From a virus, in the IMG/VR virus record IMGVR_UViG_3300006076_000001, positions 29,787-93,786 of that record: a DNA stretch of 64,000 nt; one strand, 5' to 3'. Positions 9,862 through 20,165 of the stretch are shown in pieces (the stretch's first letter is position 1; every line of letters begins with the position of its first letter). The translations under genes were made by a program, and so were the position numbers. Below the pieces are notes generated by a model. That model saw only the letters and a program-made list of their open reading frames with translations. It was not told the origin of the DNA and did not search any database.

Positions 9862-10771
9862 AATCTGGAGCTACTCCACTACCAATATTATTTAATATGG
9901 ATAAGTCTGTTTCCAGCAAGTCTTCCTCTACTTTTTTATAATGATTAACTATTTTATCATCAGTGAAAATAATTTCTTTAAATAAAGTTGGTAATGATTT
10001 AATCATTAAATAAGAAACTATTCTAAACTCCCAAAGAGCCTCTGGAGATAATCTTAGATGTAAAATGTGTAAAAACTCTCTAAAATTGACTGTAAATTGA
10101 AGTTCTGTTCTAAAAGACTCTGGGATTGAAAATTTAGCAATGTCGTTAGAAACTCCCACACTTATGCTTTGTCTTACATTTTCCAATGCTAAAATAGAGT
10201 TATGGTCTGTCCTATCATTACCTGTATAAATCAGATATTTAGAAGCCCTTTTACCTATTTCTGTTTCTTGACAACGGAAATCCGATTCTAAATAAAATGG
10301 CTTTTCATCTTTCAACTCTTTCAAAGTGTATCTGGTAGATTTAACAGTCGGACTAATTAACCTATGGCGTGAAAATTCCTGTAAGGTGGCTCTACTCATT
10401 CCAATATGGAATGACAAAGTGCTATGTTCTAACACTGATTCGTGTTTATATTTAAACCCAACTCTCTTAATGAGTTCTTTATCTTTATATCCTAAATGAT
10501 GATAAATTGGGACTCTGGTAAAACAATCATTACACTCTATCTCATCATTTTCATTCCTATAGATGTTAGTACCTCCACATTCTCCACAAGTCAATTGGTT
10601 TTTCTGATTATGTAAAACATTTATCATATATGAATCACTAAGTCTGTGATTATTATGTGAATATCTAATCCCGTTAGCTATAAGCCATAAAGGTTTATAA
10701 TCCAAAAGTTTAACATCGATGTTTGTGTCAATTGGTCTGCAACTTTCATAAGGTAAGTTAATTCTAATCAT
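9833..10771 (-). CDS. thyX: Flavin-dependent thymidylate synthase with inserted zinc ribbon
   Basis: HESVLEH, SRATLQEFSRHR, STRY, NFREFLH..LR....ALWEFR; CGEC...CNDC insert. Confidence 0.93.
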   Translation of the reverse strand: MIRINLPYESCRPIDTNIDVKLLDYKPLWLIANGIRYSHNNHRLSDSYMINVLHNQKNQLTCGECGGTNIYRNENDEIECNDCFTRVPIYHHLGYKDKELIKRVGFKYKHESVLEHSTLSFHIGMSRATLQEFSRHRLISPTVKSTRYTLKELKDEKPFYLESDFRCQETEIGKRASKYLIYTGNDRTDHNSILALENVRQSISVGVSNDIAKFSIPESFRTELQFTVNFREFLHILHLRLSPEALWEFRIVSYLMIKSLPTLFKEIIFTDDKIVNHYKKVEEDLLETDLSILNNIGSGVAPDFEDKGDING

Positions 10772-10784
10772 TTTTCTTCTCCTT

Positions 10785-11009
10785 TTATTTAAAGATTAAA
10801 TAATCAATGGGATAAAAAATGATAGCCCCTATAATTTGGACTATTACTAAATGAATAAACTCTTGATATTTACCAGAACAACATTTAATTTTAATAAGCA
10901 ACCATAATGGCAACATCATAACCAAAGCAGATAATATCCATCTACCTAAATAAAGTAAGAACTGAAAAGAAAAGTAATCTACAAACATTTTATTTTCCTT
11001 TAACATCAT
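10785..11009 (-). CDS. Small two-TM membrane protein (GtrA-like?)
   Basis: Two hydrophobic segments, ends FYPIDYLIFK. Confidence 0.45.
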   Translation of the reverse strand: MMLKENKMFVDYFSFQFLLYLGRWILSALVMMLPLWLLIKIKCCSGKYQEFIHLVIVQIIGAIIFYPIDYLIFK

Positions 11010-11718
11010 TCAAATATAATTTAATTGACAGTAGATTTCCGATAAAGTTATTAACTTTATCTAAATAATAGGTTGGGTTTTTTGGTATCACCCCATAGTA
11101 TCTTATAATAGCTGACTCCATTGGTGTTTTAACTCCCTTTAAAATAGGTTTTTCTCTTAAAGTTTTAAGAATAAAAGCGGTTGCCTCTACATTTGTATCA
11201 ATGTTATACAAGTCTGACTTTGTAGTAGCGATTTTAGCTTTAATTAAGTCCCATTTCCACATTTCCCAAATAACACCACCTAAACCAATAGCTCTTGTAT
11301 GTATCTTAACAAACCTTGTTTTAGATTGATTAATAGGGACTGAAACATAAACTCTTGAATGTTTAATCCAAAATCTCATTGAACTCTCAGTATGTAACAC
11401 TGCAAACAAAATAATAGGAGAGATGTTATACTTTTTAGAATATTTTAAGATAGCATCATAAATTCTCATTTTAGATTTATTTGATAAAAAATTATAATGA
11501 GAGTATAAGTAATCTTTTAAATCGTCTTTTGTAATTCCAACAAGAGAACTATTAGAATCAATATAAACAGGAACTTTTTTTATCACTTTATTTTCAACTA
11601 TTTTAGTTATTGTTTTAACCTCAGGTTTAATGTGAGTTAGTTTATAAACCAAAAAACCAATCACAATAATACCAATTACCCAACTGGAAATAATTAAAAT
11701 AATGACTCTTTTATTCAT
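10990..11718 (-). CDS. Membrane-anchored lytic transglycosylase (SLT-like)
   Basis: N-terminal TM helix; AVLHTESS catalytic Glu, AIGLGGV, LYNIDTNV, AIIRYYG; likely start MNKRV at 11718. Confidence 0.75.
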   Translation of the reverse strand: MNKRVIILIISSWVIGIIVIGFLVYKLTHIKPEVKTITKIVENKVIKKVPVYIDSNSSLVGITKDDLKDYLYSHYNFLSNKSKMRIYDAILKYSKKYNISPIILFAVLHTESSMRFWIKHSRVYVSVPINQSKTRFVKIHTRAIGLGGVIWEMWKWDLIKAKIATTKSDLYNIDTNVEATAFILKTLREKPILKGVKTPMESAIIRYYGVIPKNPTYYLDKVNNFIGNLLSIKLYLNDVKGK

Positions 11719-12229
11719 TTGACTCCCCTTTAATAAAATAAAAATCATCTGGTTTAGATAAGAACTGGTCTAAAGTAATAATCATATTATCTTTATAATA
11801 AAGGATTGGAGAAAAGTCTTTATTTAAAGTATTAGGTAGGATACAAAATGGATTAACTAAGTTATATTTAACTATAACTACCCAATAAGGTTTGCCAGAA
11901 GTTTTATTATCCAATTTAGCTTGTTCTATCCATTTATCCCATTGAGTAATTTTTTGCTCTAAAAATGATTTAAAAGATGGTGGGTTTCCGTAAAATTTAC
12001 ACTCTATATTAAATTTAAAGTTTTTTGGAGTAACTATGTCTCCAACAACTTTTGCATCGTCCGCTACCATCATAGCAACTCTGGCATTTTTACCACCAAA
12101 TCTAGACCCACTTCCTAAATTTCTAAGAAACCCTTTTTTAACTTTAAGATAAGAAGCAAACCTATCAGAAAGAAGATTTGCTATCTTTCTTTCAAAATTA
12201 TCCCCCTTAGCTTTAGAATTAATTGCCAT
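11711..12229 (-). CDS. Holliday junction resolvase (Hjc-like PD-(D/E)xK)
   Basis: NSKAKG..FERKIA, GSG, GDI, IECK, W.EQA. Confidence 0.8.
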   Translation of the reverse strand: MAINSKAKGDNFERKIANLLSDRFASYLKVKKGFLRNLGSGSRFGGKNARVAMMVADDAKVVGDIVTPKNFKFNIECKFYGNPPSFKSFLEQKITQWDKWIEQAKLDNKTSGKPYWVVIVKYNLVNPFCILPNTLNKDFSPILYYKDNMIITLDQFLSKPDDFYFIKGESNE

Positions 12230-12230
12230 T

Positions 12231-12842
12231 TTATAACTCCATTTGAATTATATTTTGACCTGAAGCCATTATTTCATTTATAGCTGATGAGTCTAAGATT
12301 TTTTGTTTTAATCTGATTGATGACTCTAATCTCATCAAATAATCGTTTTGCTTATCAAGGAACTTGACAAGCTCTTTTATTGAGTTATAAACTCTTTCTA
12401 TCCTCTTAAATTGATTAGACAAAGGAAGAGTAATGTAATTAACCTCTCTTTCTCTTTCTGCATTTGAATTGGTTAAATGATACAGAGTTTCATCAACCAA
12501 TAATTCCTGTTGAGTAGTAGATAATGTTATTTTAGCATCATTGTAAAGTTTATTTACCTCTGGCATAATATAAACAGCATTTTTAGTCAAAATGTCATTC
12601 AATTTATAAATGGCTTTATGGATTAATGCTAAAGCATCTAATTGAGGTAGATTTTTCTCTACTAATTCAGAAGCTATTTTATAAGGAATGTAAGGTGAAT
12701 CTACAAATTCAAGGACTTGTTTTCTAAGTTTAGTTTGGTATTCGCTAAGTTCTTTTTCTACTTCTTTAAATTCCTCTACCATTGGCTCTATTTCTTTTCT
12801 CTTATCTCTTCTAAAAGAAAAAATTGTTTTAACTTTTTGCAT
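12231..12842 (-). CDS. Helical coiled-coil protein (possibly UvsY-like recombination mediator)
   Basis: All-helical character, adjacent to resolvase; weak. Confidence 0.3.
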   Translation of the reverse strand: MQKVKTIFSFRRDKRKEIEPMVEEFKEVEKELSEYQTKLRKQVLEFVDSPYIPYKIASELVEKNLPQLDALALIHKAIYKLNDILTKNAVYIMPEVNKLYNDAKITLSTTQQELLVDETLYHLTNSNAEREREVNYITLPLSNQFKRIERVYNSIKELVKFLDKQNDYLMRLESSIRLKQKILDSSAINEIMASGQNIIQMEL

Positions 12843-13864
12843 CTTCTGACTCCTTTCCTGCTATGTTTTCAACATTGTTTGCATAGTATATTTCAAAGTC
12901 CTCTTTAGAAACTTCCATAATATTTATTATAACAATATTATCAAAATCTACTTTCAATGATTTTGCTATATCTTCAACCAGAGTTTTTCTATTTACAAAT
13001 AGTCCGTTACCAGTAATTATGGAGATTTCTCCGTATTGTTTATCAAATGAACTCATTCCTAAAGGACTAACAAACTCTCTTGTATAAACAAAAGAAATTA
13101 TAAAATATCTTTTATTCACTTTCATCTGATTTACCTTTTTCTTTTTTATAATAAGCTGTAATAAGTTTAGCTAAATTAGAAATCATTTCACCTTTATGAT
13201 ACAAATAATCACTATAGTTAATTACCCCGTCAATTACAAATGATTGATAATGGTTTATTCTGTTTATAGTTTGCAATGTTTGAATAACTGGCATTTTATC
13301 AGAAGCAATTGTGTATCTGATTTCAAGTCTGCCTCCTTTTGATGAGTAGTCGTCTCTAAGTGGATTTTTATAATCAGATGCAACAATTACTTCCACTGGT
13401 TTTAAATTAGCTTCTTCAATGTCTTTTAGATATTTATCTTTGTATTGACTTGGTAGTTTATCTAAAATCTCTTTAATAACTAAACTAAGCATCTCCGACT
13501 CCTTTCTGATTTATTATTTTAAATAAGTATCCACAACAGGTGTGTATCTTTTGTAACTAGGTGAAGAAAATAATAACTCTAATTGAGTTGTTTTGTTCTC
13601 CTCACTTTTAATTTTAATATCATTAATAATTTGCCATCTGCTTTGCTCTGCCTCATCAGGATTACCATAAACAAATTCAATTTCTTCTACTCTTGTATCT
13701 GATAATTTCACTGTAACTGAATAAACATAACTGACTTCTTTTTGTTTCTTAAAAAATCCCCCTGTAACTTCTACCCTTTCTTCCACTGGAGAAATCATTA
13801 AAATATTATTATAATCTCCAACCAATGTGCCATCTGGCAATAAAATTGCTTTATCCATTTTCAA
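12829..13864 (-). CDS. Three hypothetical proteins (12829-13125, 13112-13492, 13514-13864)
   Basis: Closely packed ORFs with SD-like sequences; no recognisable motifs. Confidence 0.55.
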
Positions 13865-13880
13865 ACCTCCTAATATAAGA

Positions 13881-15599
13881 TTAATTCTTGCTTTTATATT
13901 CCCAAGAAATTAAAGTGTTAATTATTCTTTGTTCTGCTTCTCTCTCTAACTCTTCCATTTGTGGGAGTTTAGTAACGACTTTTTTTAATTTAACCAATTT
14001 TGGTGATTCTGACGGCATACCCTGAGTATTTAAAGAGTGGGTAATACCATTACCTAATTTTAATTTACAATTTGTTTTAGTTTTAAGTTTATTAAAAGTT
14101 GCATATCTTGGGTGTCCTGACCCTTTTTCATTTGCAAATCTTAGGGTATCAGTACCGATGTATCTCAAATTAATATTAACAAAAAAATGGTTTCTGTCAT
14201 CAATGTAAAGGTTATATAAAATACCATAATAAATTGCTATATCTTTAACTAAAGACCTATATAAAGAAATAATACTTAATAAAGTTTGAATATCTTGTTT
14301 AGTATCCTCTGGTAAGAACTCTGCTTCCATAACAGCTGATTTAAATTTAGATAAAATGGAGTCATCCATATTGAACTGCTCTTTAATTGCACCACTTTTT
14401 AATTTATCTACTTTTCTAACCAATCCAAAATAGTCCTCTATATACTTATAGAAGTTATTTTCATCTCCTTTCCATAAAGGTTTTAGTATATAATTAACTA
14501 TTATCACAGACACCATAGGACTGACTACTGATATCTCCTCTTCATAACCATACTTTTTAAGTGTATTAATAAATTTTTGCTCTAAAAGTATCATTCTAAT
14601 GTTAATTGTTTTGATTGTCCTAACCAATCTGTCTTTATCGATTAAAAGCCCGTATTGTAAAGATGAAATTACATAATACAAAGCTTGATGAACTATTTTA
14701 GTTGTAGTAGGTTGCTCTTTATATGGGTTTCTACCATAAATGTCGTCTATCACAAATGCTTTAAACAAACCATAGGTATTAGTAGCATCTGACCCAGCAT
14801 ATGTTAAAGCATTTGAAACTGGCAACCTGTTAAAAGAAATGTGATTTTTAGTGGGTAAATTTAAAATTTCATTAATTTCAAGCATCTTTCTATTAAGTAC
14901 ATACTCTGATAATGCTTTAAGCCCATGACCTATATTCATAGGCATAAACTCTTGATTATTCATCAATTTTGAAACCAACATTGTATCTGTTATTGGGATA
15001 TTACCTATTTTAATTCCCCAGTTAGATAAATGAGCTAAGTCAAATTGTGCGTTATGTAAAACAATATGGAAATTGTCTATCAACCATTGTAAAAATGGTT
15101 TGACTTGTGTCTCCCAATCTAAATTTTTTATGCCATCTGTTTCTGTATGTTTAACTGGTAAAATAAACCCCTCTTTATCAGAAATAGCTAACGGAACTGA
15201 AACGATTTCTGTATCTGGAACAAACCTACCTTTAATCAATTTACCTTTAGTAGATAACCCCGAAGTTTCTAAATCCAATGCAATAACAGGTTTATTGAAG
15301 CCGTCATAAGTAACTGCTTTCTCTTTAATATAACTTTTGAATTTATCTAAATCTTTATCTACAACTTCTACATAATCAGCAATTGGAGTAAATAATTTAT
15401 CCTTATCAATCTCAGTTGTAATAATTTTAAAAGAACATTCCTTTACCCAGTCGTGCATTTTAGCAAAATTATGAGGTAAAAATACCTCTGACGGCTCTAA
15501 TGGAGAAAAGTCTTTTTCTAATTTACTATCAATTAATTCCTGATAATTTGGGATTTCAACAGGAACTTTATCATAAACAAAAAAATCTTTATACTTCAA
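13881..15599 (-). CDS. Family-A DNA polymerase N-terminal fragment (3'-5' exonuclease, thumb, start of palm)
   Basis: ExoI ALDLETSGL, ExoII LHNAQFDL, DTML, ExoIII YAGSDA; GTDTLRFA (cf. TGRLSS), LNTQGMP (cf. NLQNIP); ends before motif A. Confidence 0.88.
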   Translation of the reverse strand: MKYKDFFVYDKVPVEIPNYQELIDSKLEKDFSPLEPSEVFLPHNFAKMHDWVKECSFKIITTEIDKDKLFTPIADYVEVVDKDLDKFKSYIKEKAVTYDGFNKPVIALDLETSGLSTKGKLIKGRFVPDTEIVSVPLAISDKEGFILPVKHTETDGIKNLDWETQVKPFLQWLIDNFHIVLHNAQFDLAHLSNWGIKIGNIPITDTMLVSKLMNNQEFMPMNIGHGLKALSEYVLNRKMLEINEILNLPTKNHISFNRLPVSNALTYAGSDATNTYGLFKAFVIDDIYGRNPYKEQPTTTKIVHQALYYVISSLQYGLLIDKDRLVRTIKTINIRMILLEQKFINTLKKYGYEEEISVVSPMVSVIIVNYILKPLWKGDENNFYKYIEDYFGLVRKVDKLKSGAIKEQFNMDDSILSKFKSAVMEAEFLPEDTKQDIQTLLSIISLYRSLVKDIAIYYGILYNLYIDDRNHFFVNINLRYIGTDTLRFANEKGSGHPRYATFNKLKTKTNCKLKLGNGITHSLNTQGMPSESPKLVKLKKVVTKLPQMEELEREAEQRIINTLISWEYKSKN

Positions 15600-15623
15600 A
15601 CTGACTCCTTTCTTCTAATTTAT

Positions 15624-16257
15624 TTAATTACCGAGCAAATCAACTAATGCAAATCTAACATCATCGATTGTAAAGTTTTCTGGAATCGACACCTCTTTGT
15701 CATCTGTTTTTAAAATAACTTCACCATCTTTATTAACACTAAATATTATGATTCTACCATCATTTAATCTAAACAAAGGTATTGATTTACCAATAAACAT
15801 TTTAATTTTATCTTTTAAAGATAATCTACCTAATTTAATTTTAAGTAGATTATAAATTGAATTAACTGCTCTTTCGTCTATCTGAGAAACAATATTTTTC
15901 ATTTAATCACTCCTTTTTATCTTTTTGGAGTGATTTTAATAAAACAAAAATTGAAGAAGTAATACTGCTAACTTGTGCTGAATCCCATTTAGAAATTAAA
16001 TCTTCTAAAGTTTTTTCAGGCTCAATAAATACAACATTATCTTTACAAACTAAAATAATAGCAATAGCTAATAATAAATTTTGAGGTAAATCAGCCATTG
16101 TATCCTCATCTGGAGTAGCCCTTAAAATAGCTTTAGTTTTATCAATTAAATCATTGCACTCCTCATTCTCAGTCAAAAAATCGATTTGAGACTTAACATC
16201 TTTCACTTTCACTTTATTAGTAAGTAATTCAATTACTTTATCTTTAACAATATCCAT
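15624..16257 (-). CDS. Two hypothetical proteins (15624-15902, 15907-16257)
   Basis: ORFs in operon orientation. Confidence 0.5.
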
Positions 16258-16320
16258 TTGTGTCCTCCTTTTCTTTTTTGTACCACTTTATAGGTAGAAG
16301 AAAAAAAGGATTTAATAATT

Positions 16321-16773
16321 TTAAAGATAGATTGGAGATGGTAAGTAAGACTCTACAATAGTATTAATTTCTCTTGTAGATTTATTATAAGCGGTATTTA
16401 TAATCAACTTTTCTATTACCAAAGGTGGGATTTTTAAATTGAAACTTCTAAATAATTTAATTAATTCTGTAATTTTAGTGTCTTTAGCTTGAGTATTATT
16501 AGAAAATTGAATGCCATAATTTGTATAGATGTATTCTACTGCCTCTTGATAAGAAAACCCTTTAAGTTCCATTAAAAAAGTAGTAGGGAGATAAGCTTTA
16601 CCAGTTCCGAAATCATAAGCCGACCCAAAGTCATTTTCATCTTTTGGTTTGTAAATTCTAAATGATGGATTTGAGTCGCTTCTGAATGGAGAGGAAATAG
16701 TATAATCTCTCCACTCTGGAATCTCCTCTCCCAATTCATCACTAACTATTTTAGCAAAAAGGTTAATTGCCAT
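16321..16773 (-). CDS. Stand-alone primase zinc-binding-domain-like protein (Cys-less CHC2 variant)
   Basis: ISSPFRSDSNPSFRIY...AYDFGTG...FLMELKGFSYQEAVEYI, the DnaG N-terminal pattern. Confidence 0.75.
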   Translation of the reverse strand: MAINLFAKIVSDELGEEIPEWRDYTISSPFRSDSNPSFRIYKPKDENDFGSAYDFGTGKAYLPTTFLMELKGFSYQEAVEYIYTNYGIQFSNNTQAKDTKITELIKLFRSFNLKIPPLVIEKLIINTAYNKSTREINTIVESYLPSPIYL

Positions 16774-16776
16774 TAA

Positions 16777-17661
16777 TTACACCTTAAGATTTTTCCAATC
16801 TTTCCATCTGTAGTATCTATAAGTCTTATCATTATCTTTAATAATATAGTGTAATTTTTCTACTGGAACTCCACAAAATTCTAAATTAGAGTATTCTTCT
16901 ACCTTTTCTTCCGCCCATTTCTCAATTTTATCCATTGAATAGTCATCTACATAAAATGGGTATTCCTTAATAAACTCTTCTACTAAATTTAGTGACCCCT
17001 CTTTATATCCTAAAACAAATGCTTGTGCCTCTTTAATATACTCTTCTATAGAATTAATTATCCACATTGGAGGTAGCCCCTCTAATGGCACATTTTTATC
17101 ATCAGAAGTCCTTGCGAAGTATCTCCATAAAGGAATGCCTTTAATTGTATTATAGCCTAACATTTCTCCGTGTCTTGTTTTATTAAAGAATGCAACATCA
17201 TAAACTGGAATATCTCCGTCATCTTCTTTACCAACAACAATAACAGGTGTAATTATTTTTCTATCTGATTCTACACCTATATCTGTTAAATCAAAGATAC
17301 CAATATTACAAATTAAACCTACTTCTATAGTATCTATTCCTCTTTCAAAAGGAATCATTTTGTCTTTTTTCATTTAAACCTCCTTTTAATGATTTTTGGA
17401 CTTATTTATAATAAGAGTTAAAGTTTATTTTAACTTTATATCAACCTCAATTGGGATAGGGGGTATAGGTTTAGGCTTTATAATTATTTCACCTGCCCCA
17501 ATGTATTTAAATTCAACTGCACTACTATCAATATTTAAAGAATCGACCATATCTGAAATTTCAGACTCTATTCTGTTTATGTTTTCTACTCTTTCTGTAA
17601 CCTTTTTAAGTTCTTCTATAATTTTAATCATATCTAAAGATATGCTATTTTTTGTACCCAT
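16777..17661 (-). CDS. Two hypothetical proteins (16777-17373, 17425-17661)
   Basis: ORFs with SD-like sequences. Confidence 0.5.
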
Positions 17662-17673
17662 TTAAATTTCCTT

Positions 17674-17832
17674 TCACAAAAATAAATTAATTATTGCTAT
17701 TATGATTGCACCAATCCCTAATAATAAAAAATGAGGAAAATTATTGAATCTAGGTATATCCGATTTTGTAAAGAAAGCCATCACAAAGAAAAAGACGGAT
17801 AAAAATATTAAACCTATCGTTGCATTATTCAT
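17674..17832 (-). CDS. Small two-TM membrane protein (52 aa, below ORF-track cutoff)
   Basis: MNNATIGLIFLSVFFFVMAFF...FLLLGIGAIIIAIINLFL; ATGA overlap with the dUTPase stop. Confidence 0.6.
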   Translation of the reverse strand: MNNATIGLIFLSVFFFVMAFFTKSDIPRFNNFPHFLLLGIGAIIIAIINLFL

Positions 17833-18275
17833 TTTCCAGTACTCCCAAATCCATTATGTCCTCTATCAGACCAAACAGGTAATTCGTCTACTTCCTCTAA
17901 TTCTGTATGAATCATAGGGACTGGAATAAGCACTCCCTGAGCTATTTTATCCCCTACTTCAATTTTTGGTGGTTTTCCAGAGCCTAAATACCATAATAAA
18001 AATGTTACCTCCCCTTGATAACCAGAATCAATAACACTATGAAACACGGCTATGTGTTTATTAAAAAGCATACTACTTCTTGGAGCTGTAGATAGATAAT
18101 AACCCATCGGAACTTCTACTGCTACATCTGTCCTAGCAATTGCAAACCATAAATTGTTATCATTTTTAATCCATTCTAATGGTCGTGATAATTTAAAATC
18201 AATCCCTGCATCTGTAACTCTTGACTTAACTGGACTAAACGCTTTATCTGATAATTTTTTAAATTTAATTTTCAT
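17829..18275 (-). CDS. dut: Trimeric dUTPase
   Basis: All five motifs: AGID, PRSS, VIDSGYQGE, GDKIAQ, RG..GFGSTG. Confidence 0.93.
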   Translation of the reverse strand: MKIKFKKLSDKAFSPVKSRVTDAGIDFKLSRPLEWIKNDNNLWFAIARTDVAVEVPMGYYLSTAPRSSMLFNKHIAVFHSVIDSGYQGEVTFLLWYLGSGKPPKIEVGDKIAQGVLIPVPMIHTELEEVDELPVWSDRGHNGFGSTGK

Positions 18276-19083
18276 ATCTCTACCTCCTCTTTATTTAAAG
18301 GTTTATTTTCTGTAAAATAGATTTTATTACAAGACATTAATAAAGCATCAGAACTAAAAATAACTTCAATAAAATCACCGAATATCTTTATTTTTTGATT
18401 AGGTGTGATACTAAATGGTTTACCAATAGGAATGTGTATTTTAGTTCCAGAAGAGATTTTAAATTGATTATCTGATAATTTTTCTATTGTTCCCTCTATT
18501 AAAATACATTCCATAGACTCTTTAGTATTAAAATCGATTCCTAATTGAGAAAGTAAATGGTTTATACCTCTTCCTGTAGATTTCTCTCCGTCCCAATGAA
18601 CTTTACCTGATGATGGATAAAAGTTTATCCATTTTTGTTTTTCATCACTCCATATTTTTATATGTGTCCCACTGTTAAGCCTCTTATACATTATGAAGTT
18701 TTCATCAAGTATCCTAAATAAAGTTTCTAATTCTTTAGGCATCATTTATCCTCCGAATCATTTAAGATTTCTATTATGGTAGCTAACTCAACTAAATTTT
18801 CTAATTTATCTCTATCAATTTCTGGAAGTATATCGTCTCTAACCCATAAATTATATAAGATATGGCTGTCATCTGAAACAATTAAATCACAAAATTGATT
18901 AAACACTTGAATTTTTCTTTTTGAAGATAAGTCTTTAGATTGTTTAATTAAGTCTTTTGCGTATAAAACAATGTTTTTATAATTAGAATCACAATTATCA
19001 AATGGTCTTTTGAAACCGAAATGGCTACACCTTTGATGTAATCTATCCCAATAAATACAATCATTACATCTTTTCTGATTCAT
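18272..19083 (-). CDS. Two hypothetical proteins (18272-18745, 18742-19083)
   Basis: Coupled ORFs; the second has a CxxC..C..C motif. Confidence 0.55.
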
Positions 19084-19120
19084 TTTTATTGACTCCTTTC
19101 TCTAATCTGAGATTAGATTT

Positions 19121-19212
19121 AAAAGATACATCTTCTTGGCTCTTTCTGGTATTTCTCTTGCATCAGAAAGATGCTTAAGCTACTAATATAGCTAATAATG
19201 TTGTAAAAATGC
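19121..19212. repeat. Intergenic copy of the dispersed 83-bp element, with its core inverted
   Basis: 19178-19205 is the exact reverse complement of 57626-57653; 19123-19163 resembles 41115-41155 in direct orientation. Confidence 0.75.
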
Positions 19213-19315
19213 CTTTTCTGGCTTCTCTTTAAATAGTTCTTATTCCAGCCTCCTAAATCAATAAGAGAACAAAGAAAAGAGACTGGAGTAAGAACTAAGA
19301 GGAAAGGAAGCCCTC

Positions 19316-20035
19316 TTAGATATCGTCTAAATCATCGATATCTACATCTGTTACAGTGCTTCCACTAGCTTCCTCTGGTTTTGGAGTTGATGGAGATGCC
19401 AATAACCCTGCATTAACTAAAATGCTTCTTAAATTAGCACAGCTTGTCTCAGTTGCAACTGCTTTATGCATATCTTTCGCTACTTCTTGCACTTGAGCTT
19501 GAATTGCATCTTTTAATTTTTCGTGTCTCCATACTGCTTCTTTATTTGTAGGTAAGATTGTTAGATTTTGATATTTTGGGTCTGTTCCCTCTTTTAATGA
19601 AACCAATAAATCGTGTTCTGCTAAAGGAAACTCTTCATTAATTGCTTTTAAATCTGCTAAGATGCCATCTGCAAATACAAATGGTAATACTTTAAAATTA
19701 ATTGGTTTAATTAATCTACCATCTTTTTCTGTGCCATAAACCACAATTGTAGTTACATATCTGTAAATCGGCTCTCCTAACACCTCAATAAATTTGCCAA
19801 ATGTCTCTTCATCACAGTCTTCAGGAACAATGAATTTGCCTTTAAAGTTATCATCAAATCTGTTGAAATAAAACACTCTGTCAATTCTCACTTTACCATT
19901 TTCATTTAATAGTGGAAAACCGATTCTGTATTTATGGTTTGGCTCTGCTTTGAATTTTTCAACTGTTCTTCTCTCTGGCTCTACCTCATCTAAAGTCGCT
20001 GTTTGTTTTCCTAAAAATTTTTTGTAATCTGCCAT
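19316..20035 (-). CDS. Single-stranded DNA-binding protein (gp32-like)
   Basis: KFKAE...YRIGF, RYVTTIVVY, DLLV...KYQNLTILP, acidic tail DVDIDDLDDI; true start MADYK at 20035 after AAGGAG. Confidence 0.7.
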   Translation of the reverse strand: MADYKKFLGKQTATLDEVEPERRTVEKFKAEPNHKYRIGFPLLNENGKVRIDRVFYFNRFDDNFKGKFIVPEDCDEETFGKFIEVLGEPIYRYVTTIVVYGTEKDGRLIKPINFKVLPFVFADGILADLKAINEEFPLAEHDLLVSLKEGTDPKYQNLTILPTNKEAVWRHEKLKDAIQAQVQEVAKDMHKAVATETSCANLRSILVNAGLLASPSTPKPEEASGSTVTDVDIDDLDDI

Positions 20036-20049
20036 TGTTTCTTCTCCTT

Positions 20050-20165
20050 TTCGTTTAATTTGTCTTTGGCTTTTGGGTCTTTCGCCCAATGAGCGGAGAC
20101 CAGTTTAACGACTTAACTCCAATGGGTCGAATTGCTTCAGTGTTTTTGCCCTCCCAGTGGCTTCA
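20050..20165 (-). promoter_or_regulatory. GC-rich structured 5' leader of the SSB gene
   Basis: TTGGGC-GAAA-G(A)CCCAA hairpin; CGAC/GTCG and GGAG/CTCC possible pseudoknot; markedly more GC-rich than other intergenic DNA. Confidence 0.45.

Noticed and set aside
3371-15599. Split inteins or introns joining the polymerase pieces
   Set aside because: No Cys/Ser-initiated intein N-block or HN-C/S/T end seen; intervening DNA is ordinary genes
20050-20165. Hammerhead or pistol ribozyme in the SSB leader
   Set aside because: CUGAnGA core absent and pistol P2/P3 arrangement not found
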